DNA of 64,000 nucleotides from the NCBI RefSeq assembly GCF_001194135.2, contig NC_068986.1, forward strand, positions 96,241,093-96,305,092, given 5' to 3'. The DNA is from Octopus bimaculoides (taxonomy: Eukaryota). Position 1 is the stretch's first letter. Every line of letters begins with the position of its first letter. The position numbers were made by a program, and so were the translations under genes. Of the stretch, positions 12,925 to 24,753 are shown in pieces. The notes under the pieces were generated by a model, which searched no databases, was not told where the DNA came from, and was given only the letters and a program-made list of their open reading frames with translations.

Positions 12925-13327
12925 ACCAGTACCCCGGGACTGGCTCATGTGCGGGTGACACATGAAATGCACCATTTTGGACATGGCCGTTGCGAGTGCT
13001 GCCTGGCTGGCCTTCGTGAGATTTTCAAGCGAGATCGTTGCCAGTGCCCCTGGACTGGCTCTTGTGCGGGTGGCACATAACATGCACCATTTTGAGTGTG
13101 GCCGTTGCCAGTACCGCCTGACTGGCCTTCGTGCGGGTGACACGTAAAAGCACCCACTACACTCTCTGAGTGATTGGCGTTAGGAAGGGCATCCAGCTGT
13201 AGAAACTCTGCCAAATCAGATTGGAGCCTGGTGCAGCCATCTGGTTTCACCAGTCCTCAGTCAAATCGTCCAACCCATGCTAGCATGGAAAGTGGACGTT
13301 AAACGATGATGTTGATGATGATGATGA
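12925..13327 (+). mobile_element. SINE family C ((TGA)n tail) with ~60-bp internal tandem units
   Basis: About three units of cagt(a/g)ccc..ggactggctc.tgtgcgggtg.cac...caccatttt, then ggcgttaggaagggcatccagctgtagaaac...ggacgttaaacgatgatg. Near-identical young copies at 41158-41310 (-), 47897-48185 (-) and 60540-60795 (+). Confidence 0.8.
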
Positions 13328-13625
13328 TAAGCACTTATTTAAAGGCAAGGTTTCTCTCTGTCACTATTCTGTGTAACAATGACAGAAAATCTCAGCATCC
13401 ATTTACCAAAAAATTAATAAACCCTTTTACACGTATTGAGTACATTTTTTGTTCCTGTTTGTAAATGCAACCGAGTTTGCGCACGTATATATCTATCTAT
13501 CAACGTATGCATGTGTGTGTGTGTGTGTACACACATACAATATATGTAATATGTAAATCTATATATATATACATATATAGATAAATAATATGTATATAAT
13601 AGATGTATATGTATATGTGTGTATT

Positions 13626-13661
<36 letters not shown>

Positions 13662-13788
13662 ACACCACACATAGTACCAAGTTTCTGAGTGATGCATTGC
13701 TGCAGCTTCTTTTCTTGTTGCTGCTGCTAATATTTATTGCCACCTCTACCACGGCCACCAACACCAGCATTTGTAGTTAGTAGTAGTC

Positions 13789-13833
<45 letters not shown>

Positions 13834-15253
13834 ATGGCAATAGTAGCAGTATCACTTGACCAATATTACTACAATCATCTGCCGCCACTGCTGCATCTGC
13901 ACGTGGCCTTTTGGTGCACTTGATAAGTTACGTCACTGCAGTACAGTTGTTGAACAACAGCAATGACACACTCTGCCAACTACAACAACAACAACGATGA
14001 CGACAAGGACACAAGGACAGCACCAACAAGCACAGCAGCAACAACAGTATCATCGATAGCAACAACAACATCATCAAAACCAACAATGTTGCTTTTTACG
14101 TGGTCGCTCAGTTGGCTAGAAATAGCAACCAAATCTCTTTCAAATTACAATCTACTGTCTGAGAAATGAAGGATATATTGGATAATGTAGACCTGAGAAA
14201 TAGATGGAATGGTTCTGACTGGAATACCTTTGGTTATATGTCTGCATAACCAGGGCTTACTTGTAGTTAAATAGCCACAACAACAAGAAATATCACTAAC
14301 AACAATACCATCAGCAACAGAATAACTCACAACATTACTGGGACATGCAAAAATAATATTTATAATATATTCAATTTCCCCAAATGCCAAGTTACAACTG
14401 TAATGCTCCAGAACATGATTATACACTACCCTAACAACACTGTCTTATACACTCAGTCCAGATACATCTAGAGCACTACCCAAGCAACACTATCTGTCCC
14501 ACTCAAGCATCACTATCCATCCCACTCAAGCAAGACGCTCCTACAATACCCCTTAAAGGTTACTAAAACACAACCCGAACAATACTATCTCACCCACTCA
14601 GCCTAGACACATCTGCAACACTCCAGAACGCTACTAGAACACAACCTCTTCTACTGAGCCCAAATATAAAAAGAAACAAATATTCACCTAAACAGCAGGA
14701 CAATCAATAGTCTTGCTATCCCAAAGTGCTGGGATGCATGTCACCAGAGATAAAGACACAGGAAAAACAACTGTTGTGCTCTGACCAGCTTCACCTTGCT
14801 TACCTCTGCTGTGGTCATCAAAATAACCTACTTGCAACTAAAACCAGTCTGAGCATTAAAAAAAAATACATGGGCCTAACCTACTACAACAGTAATAATG
14901 TAATTGATTATTGTTGTTTTAGGGTCCAAACTGCAGCAAAAACAATGTCCCAGTTAGAAACAGCAACCAAATTTCCCTCAAACCATACTCTACCATCTTG
15001 GCAAAAAGGAATACATCAGTTAACGTGGTGATGATTGACTGTCTGAGTTAAAGACAAAACGGTCACAACAACAACAACAACAACAACAAAAGAGTATTAT
15101 AAGCAAATGAATGAATCTCTGCGTCAGTTTTTCTCAAGGTTGGGGACATGCTGCACCAGTGGTGTATAGCAATATTTCAGTTGGGCATGGATTACTTTGA
15201 AATGGGCTCTAAGTGAATAAATCTGGTTATAAAGTTTTAATTAAAACTCTTTT

Positions 15254-15297
<44 letters not shown>

Positions 15298-15300
<3 letters not shown>

Positions 15301-15685
15301 TTTACTTGTTTCAATCATTTGACTGCGGCCATGCTGGAGCACTGCCTTTAGTTGAGCAAATCGACCCCAGGACTTATTCTTTGGAAGCCTAGTACTTATT
15401 CTATCGGTCTCTTTTGCCGAACCGCTAAGTTACGGGTACGTAAACACACCAGCATCGGTTGTCAAGCGATGGTGGTGGTGGGGGGGACAAAAACAGACAC
15501 ACAAACACACATATATATATATATATACGACGGGCTTCTTTCAGTTTCCATCTACCAAATCCACTCACAAGGCTTTGGTCGGCGCGAGGCTATAGTAGAA
15601 GACACTTGCCCAAGGTGCCACGCAATGGGACTGAACCTGGAACCATGTGGTCGGTAAGCAAGCTACTTACCACACAGCCACTCCT
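15298..15685 (-). mobile_element. CORE-type tRNA SINE family B (OR1/OR2-like), full length
   Basis: Head ggagtggctgtgtggtaagtagcttgcttacc, CORE-like ccttgggcaagtgtcttctactatagcc, internal (TA/TG)n and tail gactgaaacaagtaaaaga. Confidence 0.85.
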
Positions 15686-15721
15686 ATATATATATTTTTA
15701 TATATATATATATATATTATA

Positions 15722-15995
15722 TATCATGTGATTATGTGTTGGGCCAAACTATCAGATGTTGTTACACATTGTTGGTCACAATGCGTTTTTGCATTGTTTC
15801 AGCCTTCAAATGATGCCACCTTACTGGCTAGCTGAGCAGGGCAACATTCTCCTCTGATCGAAAGGGGGGACTGAAGCAACATGAAATGAAGTGTTTTGCT
15901 CAAGGACACAACATACCACCTGGTCTAGGAATTGAACCCATCAGCTAGTGGTCATGAGTGCAACCAACTCTCTAACTACTAGGTCACATGACTTC
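15722..15995 (-). mobile_element. tRNA-derived SINE family D
   Basis: Homologous to 62430-62670 (-) and to heads at 33164-33330 (+) and ~6665-6790 (+), sharing gttgtgt(c/t)cttgagcaa.acact and a tRNA-like head. Confidence 0.7.
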
Positions 15996-16299
15996 ATGTG
16001 TGTGTGTGTGTTTGTGTGCTATATACTAACATTGTCTGTTGATAGACAGGAAAGGAAACATGTTTTTGGAAAATCAAGGGGAAGTGGGTATGAGACAAAA
16101 TGTTGAGAAACACTGCTCAACATGATCACTTCACCTACTGTAAAATAGTAGCTAAATCATATTCAAGTCACACTCTACTGTTTCAAAGATAAGGAAGTCA
16201 TTGGATCATATAAATAAGAAGAGACTGACCTCCTTCTTCAGAACAATTACCAAAACTTTTCTAAAATTTAAGGAAACCACACAATGGAGTACTGTTTTT

Positions 16300-16710
16300 C
16301 ACACCAGAGTGGTACTATTGTTTCTCACACAAACATCCTTAACCGCTTCCAGGAAAAGGTCACCTGACTGACATGAAGACACTTACCAGCATACTTCAAC
16401 ACCACATCTGACTCACAGATGTGGTGTCTCCTCTCTCTCTCTTCCTTTTCTACCACTACTACAATGGCCTTTGCTCCTTGAAGCTGACCACTGCATTACC
16501 ATCTTTACTCAGGTACTTCTGACTCACATATCTCTCCTTCTCTCATCATAATGTGGTGCCTCCCAGATCCCATAATCATCAATAAGTCTTGTTCTTCCTC
16601 TAGCCTTCTGGAATTCTCTCCCAACTCTGAGTAGGTTTTCCCTGTTGTGGTCAGCTGACATCCTGTTGAAGAGGAACATTAATGGTATCAATCTCACCAG
16701 TCTCAGAGGG
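16300..16710 (+). mobile_element. CR1/L2-group LINE 3' coding relic
   Basis: Frames give FYHYYNGLCS..., LWNSLP...VFP and ...NINGINL, typical of the post-RT C-terminus of CR1/L2-like ORF2; heavily degenerate. Confidence 0.55.
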
Positions 16711-17301
16711 CCTGTAAAGTCAATGTGCTACAGCTTATTCTTCCAGATCAAACCAATATAATATAGAATAGGTATGGATGGAATGGTTTTGATCACAGTT
16801 CTACTCAATCAAGATTGGCCTAGGGATAAACAGCAACAGTAACAGAAGTGTATTATGGAATATATGGTAAAGGATAACCACCTCCCCTCTACAAATTAAT
16901 GAATGGTGACCACAGGATTCTATACATAAATCATGAACCTGCAGCACCCTCTACATGATTGCTTAATATGTTAGAAATAGCAGCAAAACCACACACCCTG
17001 CTCCCTTAAAAGTAGATGGACACATTGATAAATGTAGTTCTGAGTCCAAATGGTCAAAGTTTGAATACTTTTGACAATAGGCTTGTTTCTTGATCAGGAC
17101 TGACCTGGGATTAAACAACAACACTAAACAATACTAGAGGAAGGATACATTGGACAGTGTTGTCATAGACATACAAAATGGTGGGGTGGTAAGAGCACCT
17201 TTGATCATAGACTTGCTCTATTGTTTCTCATTTGGAGTTAAACAAAGTCAGTAACATATTTTTTATCTATTGAAAGTTATTTGTAAAAAAAAATCCATCC
17301 T

Positions 17302-17893
17302 AGGCGCAGGAGTGGCTGTGTGGTAAGTAGCTTGTTTACCAACCACATGGTTCTGGGCTCAGTCCTACTGCGTGGCACCTTGGGCAAGTGTCTTCTACTA
17401 TAGCTTTGGGCTGACCAAAGCCTTGTGGGTGANNNNNNNNNNNNNNNNNNNNNNNNNNNNNNNNNNNNNNNNNNNNNNNNNNNNNNNNNNNNNNNNNNNN
17501 NNNNNNNNNNNNNNNNNNNNNNNNNNNNNNNNNNNNNNNNNNNNNNNNNNNNNNNNNNNNNNNNNNNNNNNNNNNNNNNNNNNNNNNNNNNNNNNNNNNN
17601 NNNNNNNNNNNNNNNNNNNNNNNNNNNNNNNNNNNNNNNNNNNNNNNNNNNNNNNNNNNNNNTATGTATAAATATATGCGAGTGTATATGTTTGTGTGTC
17701 TGTGTTTGTCACCCCAACTTCGCTTGACAACCGATGCTGATGTGTTTACGTCCCTGTAACTTAGCGGTTCAGCAGAAGAGACCAATAGAATAAGTACTAG
17801 GCTTACAAAGAATAAGTCCTGTGGTTGATTTTCTCGACTAAAGGCAGTGCCCCAGCATGGCCACAGTCAAATGACTGAAACAAGTAAAAGAGT
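17302..17893 (+). mobile_element. SINE family B, spanning an N-gap
   Basis: Same head, CORE-like block and tail as the 15298-15685 copy. Confidence 0.82.
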
Positions 17894-18132
17894 AACCTCA
17901 TGGTTCCAGGTTCAGTCCTACTGCATAGCACCTTGGGCAAGTGTCTTCTACTATAGCTTTGGGCTGACCAAAGCCTTGTGGGTGAGTTTGGTAGATGGAA
18001 ACTGAAAGAACCCTAATGTTGGCATTAAGAAGAGCATCCAGTCATAGAAACCAACCTAAAACAGATTATGGAACCTGGTACAGCCCCTGGCCTTGCCAGT
18101 TCTTCTCAACCCGTCCAGCCTGAAAGAAACTC

Positions 18133-18173
<41 letters not shown>

Positions 18174-18607
18174 CTTACCACTGCTTGAAAACCAGTGTCT
18201 GTGTGTTTGCGTCCCTCTAACTTACCAGTTTGGCAAAACTGACCGATAGAATAAGTAACAAGCTTTAAAAACAGTTAATACAGCAGTCAGTTCATTCAAC
18301 TAAAATTCTTCAAGGCAGTGCCCTAACATAGCTGCAGTCTAATGATTGAAACAAGTAAAGAAATAAATGAGGAAAAAAAGGTGCTATCCACATGAAAAAC
18401 AAAAGTTAATTCATTATTAACTTATTTAATATAGCCTGCATTAGAAAATTTGATTAGAAATAATTGTGGTAAGGAAAAATCAGTATTAGATCAATGGTTA
18501 ATATCAGTCTTATTAGTATGGTGAAGTTTATGATCTTATGATCTGCCAAGGAGGCCTAACCTTTGTTGTAATTTTGAGGATTTTACTTGTGTACTGTTTT
18601 TGATTAG

Positions 18608-18683
18608 AGAAAAGGCTATACAAGATTTTTATCTTGATATGTGTAGTGATCAGGTCTTTGTACTGTTGCAAGAGACAGTGTTG
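18608..18683 (+). CDS. Putative exon, gene X
   Basis: ctgtttttgattag| ... |gtatgt; EKAIQDFYLDMCSDQVFVLLQETVL (phase 2 to 0). Confidence 0.45.
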
Positions 18684-18934
18684 GTATGTTCCCATTCTGA
18701 ATAGTTTTCTTAAGGCCTCTGTCTTCATTGAGGCAGTATATGTCTTGCATGATGTGTCTAGATAATGTGTATGTAACAGCTGCATGCACAATGCTAAGGA
18801 GGACTGAAGTGTTCTATGATCTGCATCAGAATGCTCTGTTGTTAGAAGTAACCACAAGAGATTCATTAATATATATATGGGAAAGTATTAATGAATTAAT
18901 AGATGTAATACTACCACAAGGTCCAGTCTTTCTT

Positions 18935-19125
18935 GCAGTGTGGTGGCTTCTGTATCTCAATGACCCAGAGAGCTATGCCAGCAGAGCGCAAACTCTTGGT
19001 AGGGGCTTCCCCTTCCTATACTGGACAAGTCAAAGGATAGAGGCCAAACTAATATGGACCACATCTTTCTTGAGGTAAAAATGGATTTTCATAAGGTCAG
19101 TACCCTGATCTAGAAAAATGCAATC
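18935..19125 (+). mobile_element. RTE-type LINE 5' UTR fragment
   Basis: ctcaatgacccagagagctatgccagcagagc...tggtagggg...gtcaaaggatagaggcc; a second diverged copy lies at ~53905-54030. Confidence 0.55.
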
Positions 19126-19126
19126 T

Positions 19127-19128
19127 AT

Positions 19129-19162
<34 letters not shown>

Positions 19163-19175
19163 CAGTAGCAGCAGC

Positions 19176-19213
<38 letters not shown>

Positions 19214-19265
19214 CAGTAGCAGCAGCAGCAGCAGCAGTAGTAGTAGCAGCAGTAGTAGTAGCAGC

Positions 19266-19315
<50 letters not shown>
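19127..19315. repeat. (GTA/GCA/GTG)n compound trinucleotide microsatellite
   Basis: Direct inspection; explains the poly-Leu and poly-Val ORFs. Confidence 0.95.
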
Positions 19316-19703
19316 AAACATCAATGACAATTCAAAACCAACAAAACCTGAGAGGGGAAAGCCTTCCTTCAAGGAACAAGGAAACATGCTTGAAACCTAT
19401 GTTGAAGTTTAATGTGAGGATGGAACTGATAAGGGGGAGGGTGAAAGAGAAGCTGAAAAATAAGGATCCAACTGAAGAGAATAAGAAGAGACAGACCAGA
19501 ATCCAGAACAGGGGTGGAAAGCTCTATAGGGAGCAAAGTGCTCCGGTATGTAACAGATGTAATAGAATGCAGGTTGGAGGGAGTTCTGGAATGTTAATGC
19601 TACAGTCTAACATGCAGCTTCCAACCAAAGAAATGAGAGATAGGTGGAGAGAGTAAGTGGGTAGCTGCTAGACAGAATCGAAGGCTTTGCTAATGTCAAG
19701 TGC

Positions 19704-20078
19704 TTTTGTTGTTGTTGGCACTCCGTCGGTTACGATGTCGAAGGTTCCAATTGATCCAATCAACGGAACAGCCTGCTCGTGAAATTAACGAGCAAGTGGC
19801 TGAGCACTCCACAGACACGTGTATCCTTAACATAGTTCTCGGGGATATTCAGTGTGACACAGTGTGACAAGGCTGACCCTTTGAATTACAGGTACAACAG
19901 AAACAGGAAGTAAGAGTGCGAGAAAGTTGTGGAGAAAGAGTACAGCAGGGTTCGCCACCATCACTTGCCGGAGCCTCGTGGAGCTTTAGGTGTTTTCGCT
20001 CAATAAACACTCACAACGCCCGGACTGGGAATCGAAACCGCGAGTCCGCTGCCCTAACCACTGGGCCATTGCGCCTCC
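19704..20078 (-). mobile_element. SINE family A, 12-bp TSD, small deletion in the head
   Basis: TSD aatgtcaagtgc at 19692-19703 and 20079-20090. Lacks about 14 nt (atcctatgac region) present in the other copies. Confidence 0.9.
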
Positions 20079-20769
20079 AATGTCAAGTGCAATAACATTG
20101 CTTTCACCAAAGTTTTAAAAAGAGCAAGATACCATTCAGGCTGCCACCTGAAGAACATACATGGGTTCCTTGTGTGTGAAACTTTTAGTAGCATGGGCTA
20201 TACATGTGAGGTGGTCATGAAAAACAATATTTACTCTCATTAGATGGAGTACTCTTTTTTGCTGAATCTAGACATATGGACCAATTTATAAACGTGTGGT
20301 GGGATCTCCATTGGTTTTAACAGTGAGAATTAAGTTGTTTGATCAACATACAAGATGACTGAAGCTCTGGTAAGATAAGGTCAGCTCTGATTGAAGAGAA
20401 ACTGTCATCTAAGGCATGGCCAGTTTAACTATACTTTTCTGTTGTGTCCTTTTCTTTAAGACAGTGGAGTGTTACTTGAAGCTTATTTGCCTGCTATTTC
20501 TAGGAGTTTCATGAAGTACATTGAAGATGTAATTTGAGAGAAGTTTAGCAATTATTTCAAGACCAATGTCAAGAAATGTCAAGAAAGATTTGTCTTATTA
20601 CAATCAGGTGCAGAGACCAAGCAGGTATTCCTGTGTTGACTTGTAGAAGAAGCAGTTGAACTTCACTCTGTGGTGTTTTATACAATTTAAAACATTCTAT
20701 AAAATATATCACATAAACAGAGAGATTACCATAAGATGATAATAAAGCCTATCTTTGATATTTTTATAG

Positions 20770-20807
20770 CTTAGTCAAAGGAGAAAGAGCAGCAGTATGA
20801 CATTTGA
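20770..20807 (+). CDS. Putative 38-nt exon, gene X
   Basis: tctttgatatttttatag| ... ga|gtaaga; only frame 0 is open, LSQRRKSSSMTF+GA (phase 0 to 2). Confidence 0.45.
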
Positions 20808-21671
20808 GTAAGAATATTTCAAAGTTTGTTGGAGAAAGAGAAGAAAACTGAAGAGACAAGTTTGAGTACTATACAATGAATTCTACTAAAGCACTGAAGG
20901 ACCTGGTTGTGGTTTGAACCTGGGCAACAGATAATTTTCAGATGAAGGACCAGGGTCCCAAACCCATAAATTCTCCGTATAGCAATTCTACTTATATGGA
21001 CTTCTCTTTTAATTATTTGTTGTCAAACTAAACCATTATATGTTAATCCAGAATTCAAATTTAACTCAAGTTTTTTTATAGTTTTATGACAATAAAATAT
21101 TTCCAGTCAAACATTTACTTTCACATACTACAAGGACAAATAAAAATAAAATGCGCTCATTTTCACTGACTGGATATAAGAGTTATTCAAAGTAGGTCTG
21201 CTTGCATCCAACAAGCAGTAGGAATTCATTCTACAGATATAGATGTGTGGCTAAGGAGGTACAAACATGGTTACTTGCTTAAGAGGTATTGAGTACTCTC
21301 TTTAACTAGTCACAGAGACACTGTTTATATATCCACAATTACTTAGGGCTTAACTAAGTTCAGTAGACCAATGTCTATATATAATGTATTCTTGGGAGCT
21401 AGTTTGATGAATAAATTAGTGCTACATTAGCAATGTTTTGTTTCAAAGCTACAGTTTGTACTCATCAGTATCCTTGCTTGAATGTCCACAGCAAATTTTC
21501 TATAGCTGGACGCTCTTCCTGTTGCCAACTCCAACTCATTTCCAAAGAAGGTAATATTTCCTTATTGGCCAGACATGTTTTCACAGAATATTGGAAATGA
21601 ATGACATTCATTTACAACGGTCATATATATATATATACATACATATGTATGATGGGCTTCTTTCAGATTCT

Positions 21672-21901
21672 TATTTCTTTATTGCCCACAAGGGGCTAAA
21701 CATAGAGGGGATGAACAAGGACAGACAAAGGGATTAAGTCGATTACATCGACCTCAGTGTGTAACTGGTACTTAATTTATCGACCCCAAAAGGATGAAAG
21801 ACAAAGTCCACCTTGGCAGAATTTGAACTCAGAATGTAACGGCAGACGAAATACCGCTAAGCATTTCGCCCGGAGTGCTAACGTTTCTGCCAGCTCACCG
21901 C
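21672..21901 (-). mobile_element. SINE family E nested in an older CORE-type SINE, 15-bp TSD
   Basis: TSD cttctttcagattct at 21657-21671 and 21902-21916. Removing the insert restores a continuous family-B segment (gatgggcttctttcag...ctaccaaattcactcac...). Confidence 0.88.
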
Positions 21902-22566
21902 CTTCTTTCAGATTCTGCCTACCAAATTCACTCACATGGAGCCTATGGCTATAGTAGAAGGTGCCATGCAGTGGGCCAGAACCTGAAACCATATGGTTGG
22001 AAAGCAAGATTCTTAAACACACTGTCTAGGCGTACAGTGACGACTAAAAATCTATAGATATATTTCACAGTATAGTACAGCATTGCCAGAGAACACAGTT
22101 AATGCATCAGTAATTAATTATTGTATTGTACAAGGGGAATAGAGTTGTAAAAATAGTTAGTTTCATCTGTCCAAGGGGGAAATCAATAAAATAAGTATCA
22201 GTCGAGTACCAGACCTTGATTCAATCGACTGCACTTCCAACCTCCTCTATTACAAATTTGTGACCTCGTGACAACGTAAAAAGAAATCAATATTGGCAAT
22301 GTAGGCTAGGTCAGTCGTTATGGCTGACCTACAACTATTGATTGTGAAATGACACTTGATAAAATAAACAATCAGCTATTTTGAGAAAAATTTTATCAGA
22401 TTTTTATTTTATGATATTCATTGATTTTTATGCAGTTTTTCTTTTTCACAATATTTTAATGAAATTCCTGTGATTTTCTTTGATAAATCTTAATTCCAAG
22501 ATAAATTATATTTTTATATCTTTATCTTTTCATTATGATTCCATTTGTATTTTGGATGCCTTATAG

Positions 22567-22583
22567 AAATATGCTAGACTTTT
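22567..22583 (+). CDS. Putative 17-nt microexon, gene X
   Basis: Long pyrimidine tract ending gccttatag, donor ttt|gtaagc; reads (E)NMLDF+T (phase 2 to 1), bridging the neighbouring exons in frame. Confidence 0.35.
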
Positions 22584-23083
22584 GTAAGCTCATCAGTCCA
22601 TCACTCATTTTCTACTCTTTATGAAAGAGGGTTATATTCAATTATATTCAATAGACCGTTAATTGTTTAAGTTACATTCTACCATTAGCCAATGGTTGAC
22701 TGCAAGTTTGCAGCTGCCTTTAGTCAAAGTTTGGTTTTAGTTAATGTTTTGTTACAAGTTGCAATTTCATATGCTACATGCAATTAAAGTATCATATCTT
22801 TTATCTTTTTCAGTCACTCAGTTGCAACCATGCTGAAGGACCACCTTGAAGGGTTTAGATAAGTAAATCAACACCAGTATTTTTCTTAAGTCAGTTATTT
22901 ATTATATTGGTCTCTTTTGCCAAAATGTTAAGTTATAGGGACATAAACAAACCAACACTGGTCGTCAAGCAGTGGTGGAGTCTGCATTGTGTTGATAATT
23001 TAGGTGATTAACTGCATTGCTTTTTGTTGAGATAAAGAAAAATAAACTTTCAGTTCAAAATCAGACATTTCAATCTTAATGAC

Positions 23084-23131
<48 letters not shown>

Positions 23132-23522
23132 GTGGGCTTCCACACAGTTTTAATTTACCAAATTCACTCACAAGGCACTTGCCCAAGGTGCCACAAAGTA
23201 CTTCTGAACCTTCTCAATCAATTAGGCATGCCTGAATGATTTTTGCACTCCTTAAGATACCCTTTCTGGTGTTATAACCTATATTAAGCTTCCAATATTT
23301 TTCATAATTCACAATCAGTGCACTTAAAAAGATGTTGTCCACAGTGATAAAATCTTTAGACTGCTTCTTTCTAAGGATGCAAATTCTTCAGCCTCACTTC
23401 TGTAATTGTATCTAAACATAGGATGTATATTTTCCCCAGCTGACTTTTTCAATGCATCTAGTCCACCTGATATTATGCCTTAAGCTATACAATTTATAAC
23501 ACAAAATCTTGTACCCTTTCAG

Positions 23523-23596
23523 ATTGTTCTATGGAAACTCTGTTAGAATTTTCAGAAAACAATTTGGGACTCATAATGAAAACAGTGGACAAATAA
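23523..23596 (+). CDS. Putative terminal coding exon, gene X
   Basis: gtaccctttcag|; (Y)CSMETLLEFSENNLGLIMKTVDK*, with aaataaataa overlapping the stop. An alternative frame is open to 23715. Confidence 0.38.
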
Positions 23597-23775
23597 ATAA
23601 CTGTTTCCACCAACACTTTTTGAAAATATTGATTAGACTAAGTGGACAACAGAGTGCCTGTAGCCTTTACAGATTCACCCAGGCAGATGAGTTCACTGTG
23701 GCTAATAATATTTAGCCTCTCAAGTTCTACAGATCAATGACATTGAGGGGAAATGTTGGTTGAAGAAGGATTTAA

Positions 23776-23996
23776 CCCTTCAGCATTCAGATTACTCTGT
23801 CAAATGTAAGCATACTTAGTCATATTATTTTGAATTAATCACACATTATCTTGTAGCTTTGAGATTTCAACAATGTGACTGTTTGTTTTAAGAATGACAT
23901 TGTAAGGTAAGTGTGAGAGGCCAGATTTAGTTGGTTTGAACATATAAAGCAGGTAGGATATTTTGGACACATATGGCTGGTCTAAATGCTAAAGGG
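23776..23996. mobile_element. piggyBac-type MITE (family 1)
   Basis: TTAA at 23772-23775 and 23997-24000; TIRs cccttcagcattcaga and tctaaatgctaaaggg. Partial copy at ~27855-28040. Confidence 0.8.
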
Positions 23997-24753
23997 TTAA
24001 AGAAGGTTTTGAAGGAAGTATTTAATGAAGAATTGTTGTTGTTGTTGTTGTTATCATTTAACCCCCAAGTCAACCCTGATTAAACACACTTACATACAAA
24101 ACCATTTCAACTGTGACCATTTCATTTTTTTTTCCAAACATAGTGTATTTAATGTGTTCCTCATGTTATAAGATAGTAGGGATGGATTCTAGGGAGATCT
24201 GGTTACTGTTTTCAGCACATTGAACAACCACTGAGAAGCTTCTCTTATTTAACGCAGAGTATGGAATGTTGTGAGATCATCATTGCTGTCTTTTAACCCA
24301 TACTTACATGGGTCAGATTATAGTACATTGAGGCAGATTTTTTATGGCCAGATGCCCTTCCTGAGGCCAATCCCTATCTGTTTCCAAGCAAGATAATAAT
24401 CTCTCAGCCAACAAACAGTATGGATATGATTATGCGGAGAACTGGAAACAAATGACATCATTTGAATGAGCTTTTTGTGTACAAAGATTGCCCAACATTA
24501 GTGTTTCTTTGTCTTGATATCACTTGGTTGGTGTCAATGAGCACCAGTGTCATACAAACAGCATTCATCATTTCCAGTCTTCTATGGAAGTACGTCAGGC
24601 CATGTAGAACTGTTACCTTCTTGGAAACAGGTAAGGATGTGCAGTAAGAAGGGCATCCTGCTGTAGAAAATCTGTCTCAATGAATTCCACTCAACCCATG
24701 TGAGTATGGAATAGGGGTGTAAAAAAATGATGGTTATGATGAATATATATACA

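Noticed and set aside
14804-14850. Minus-strand exon-like segment with a strong gag|gtaagc donor
   Set aside because: Stops in all frames from the best acceptor, and no partner exons found.
17355-17985. Identical ~50-nt block at 17383-17432 and ~17935-17984
   Set aside because: The first copy ends exactly at an N-gap inside a SINE, so mis-assembly or gene conversion cannot be separated from biology.
19097-19656. Poly-Leu (96 aa) and poly-Val (126 aa) ORFs
   Set aside because: They are translations of the (GTA/GCA)n microsatellite plus RTE 5' flank; no splice or domain support.
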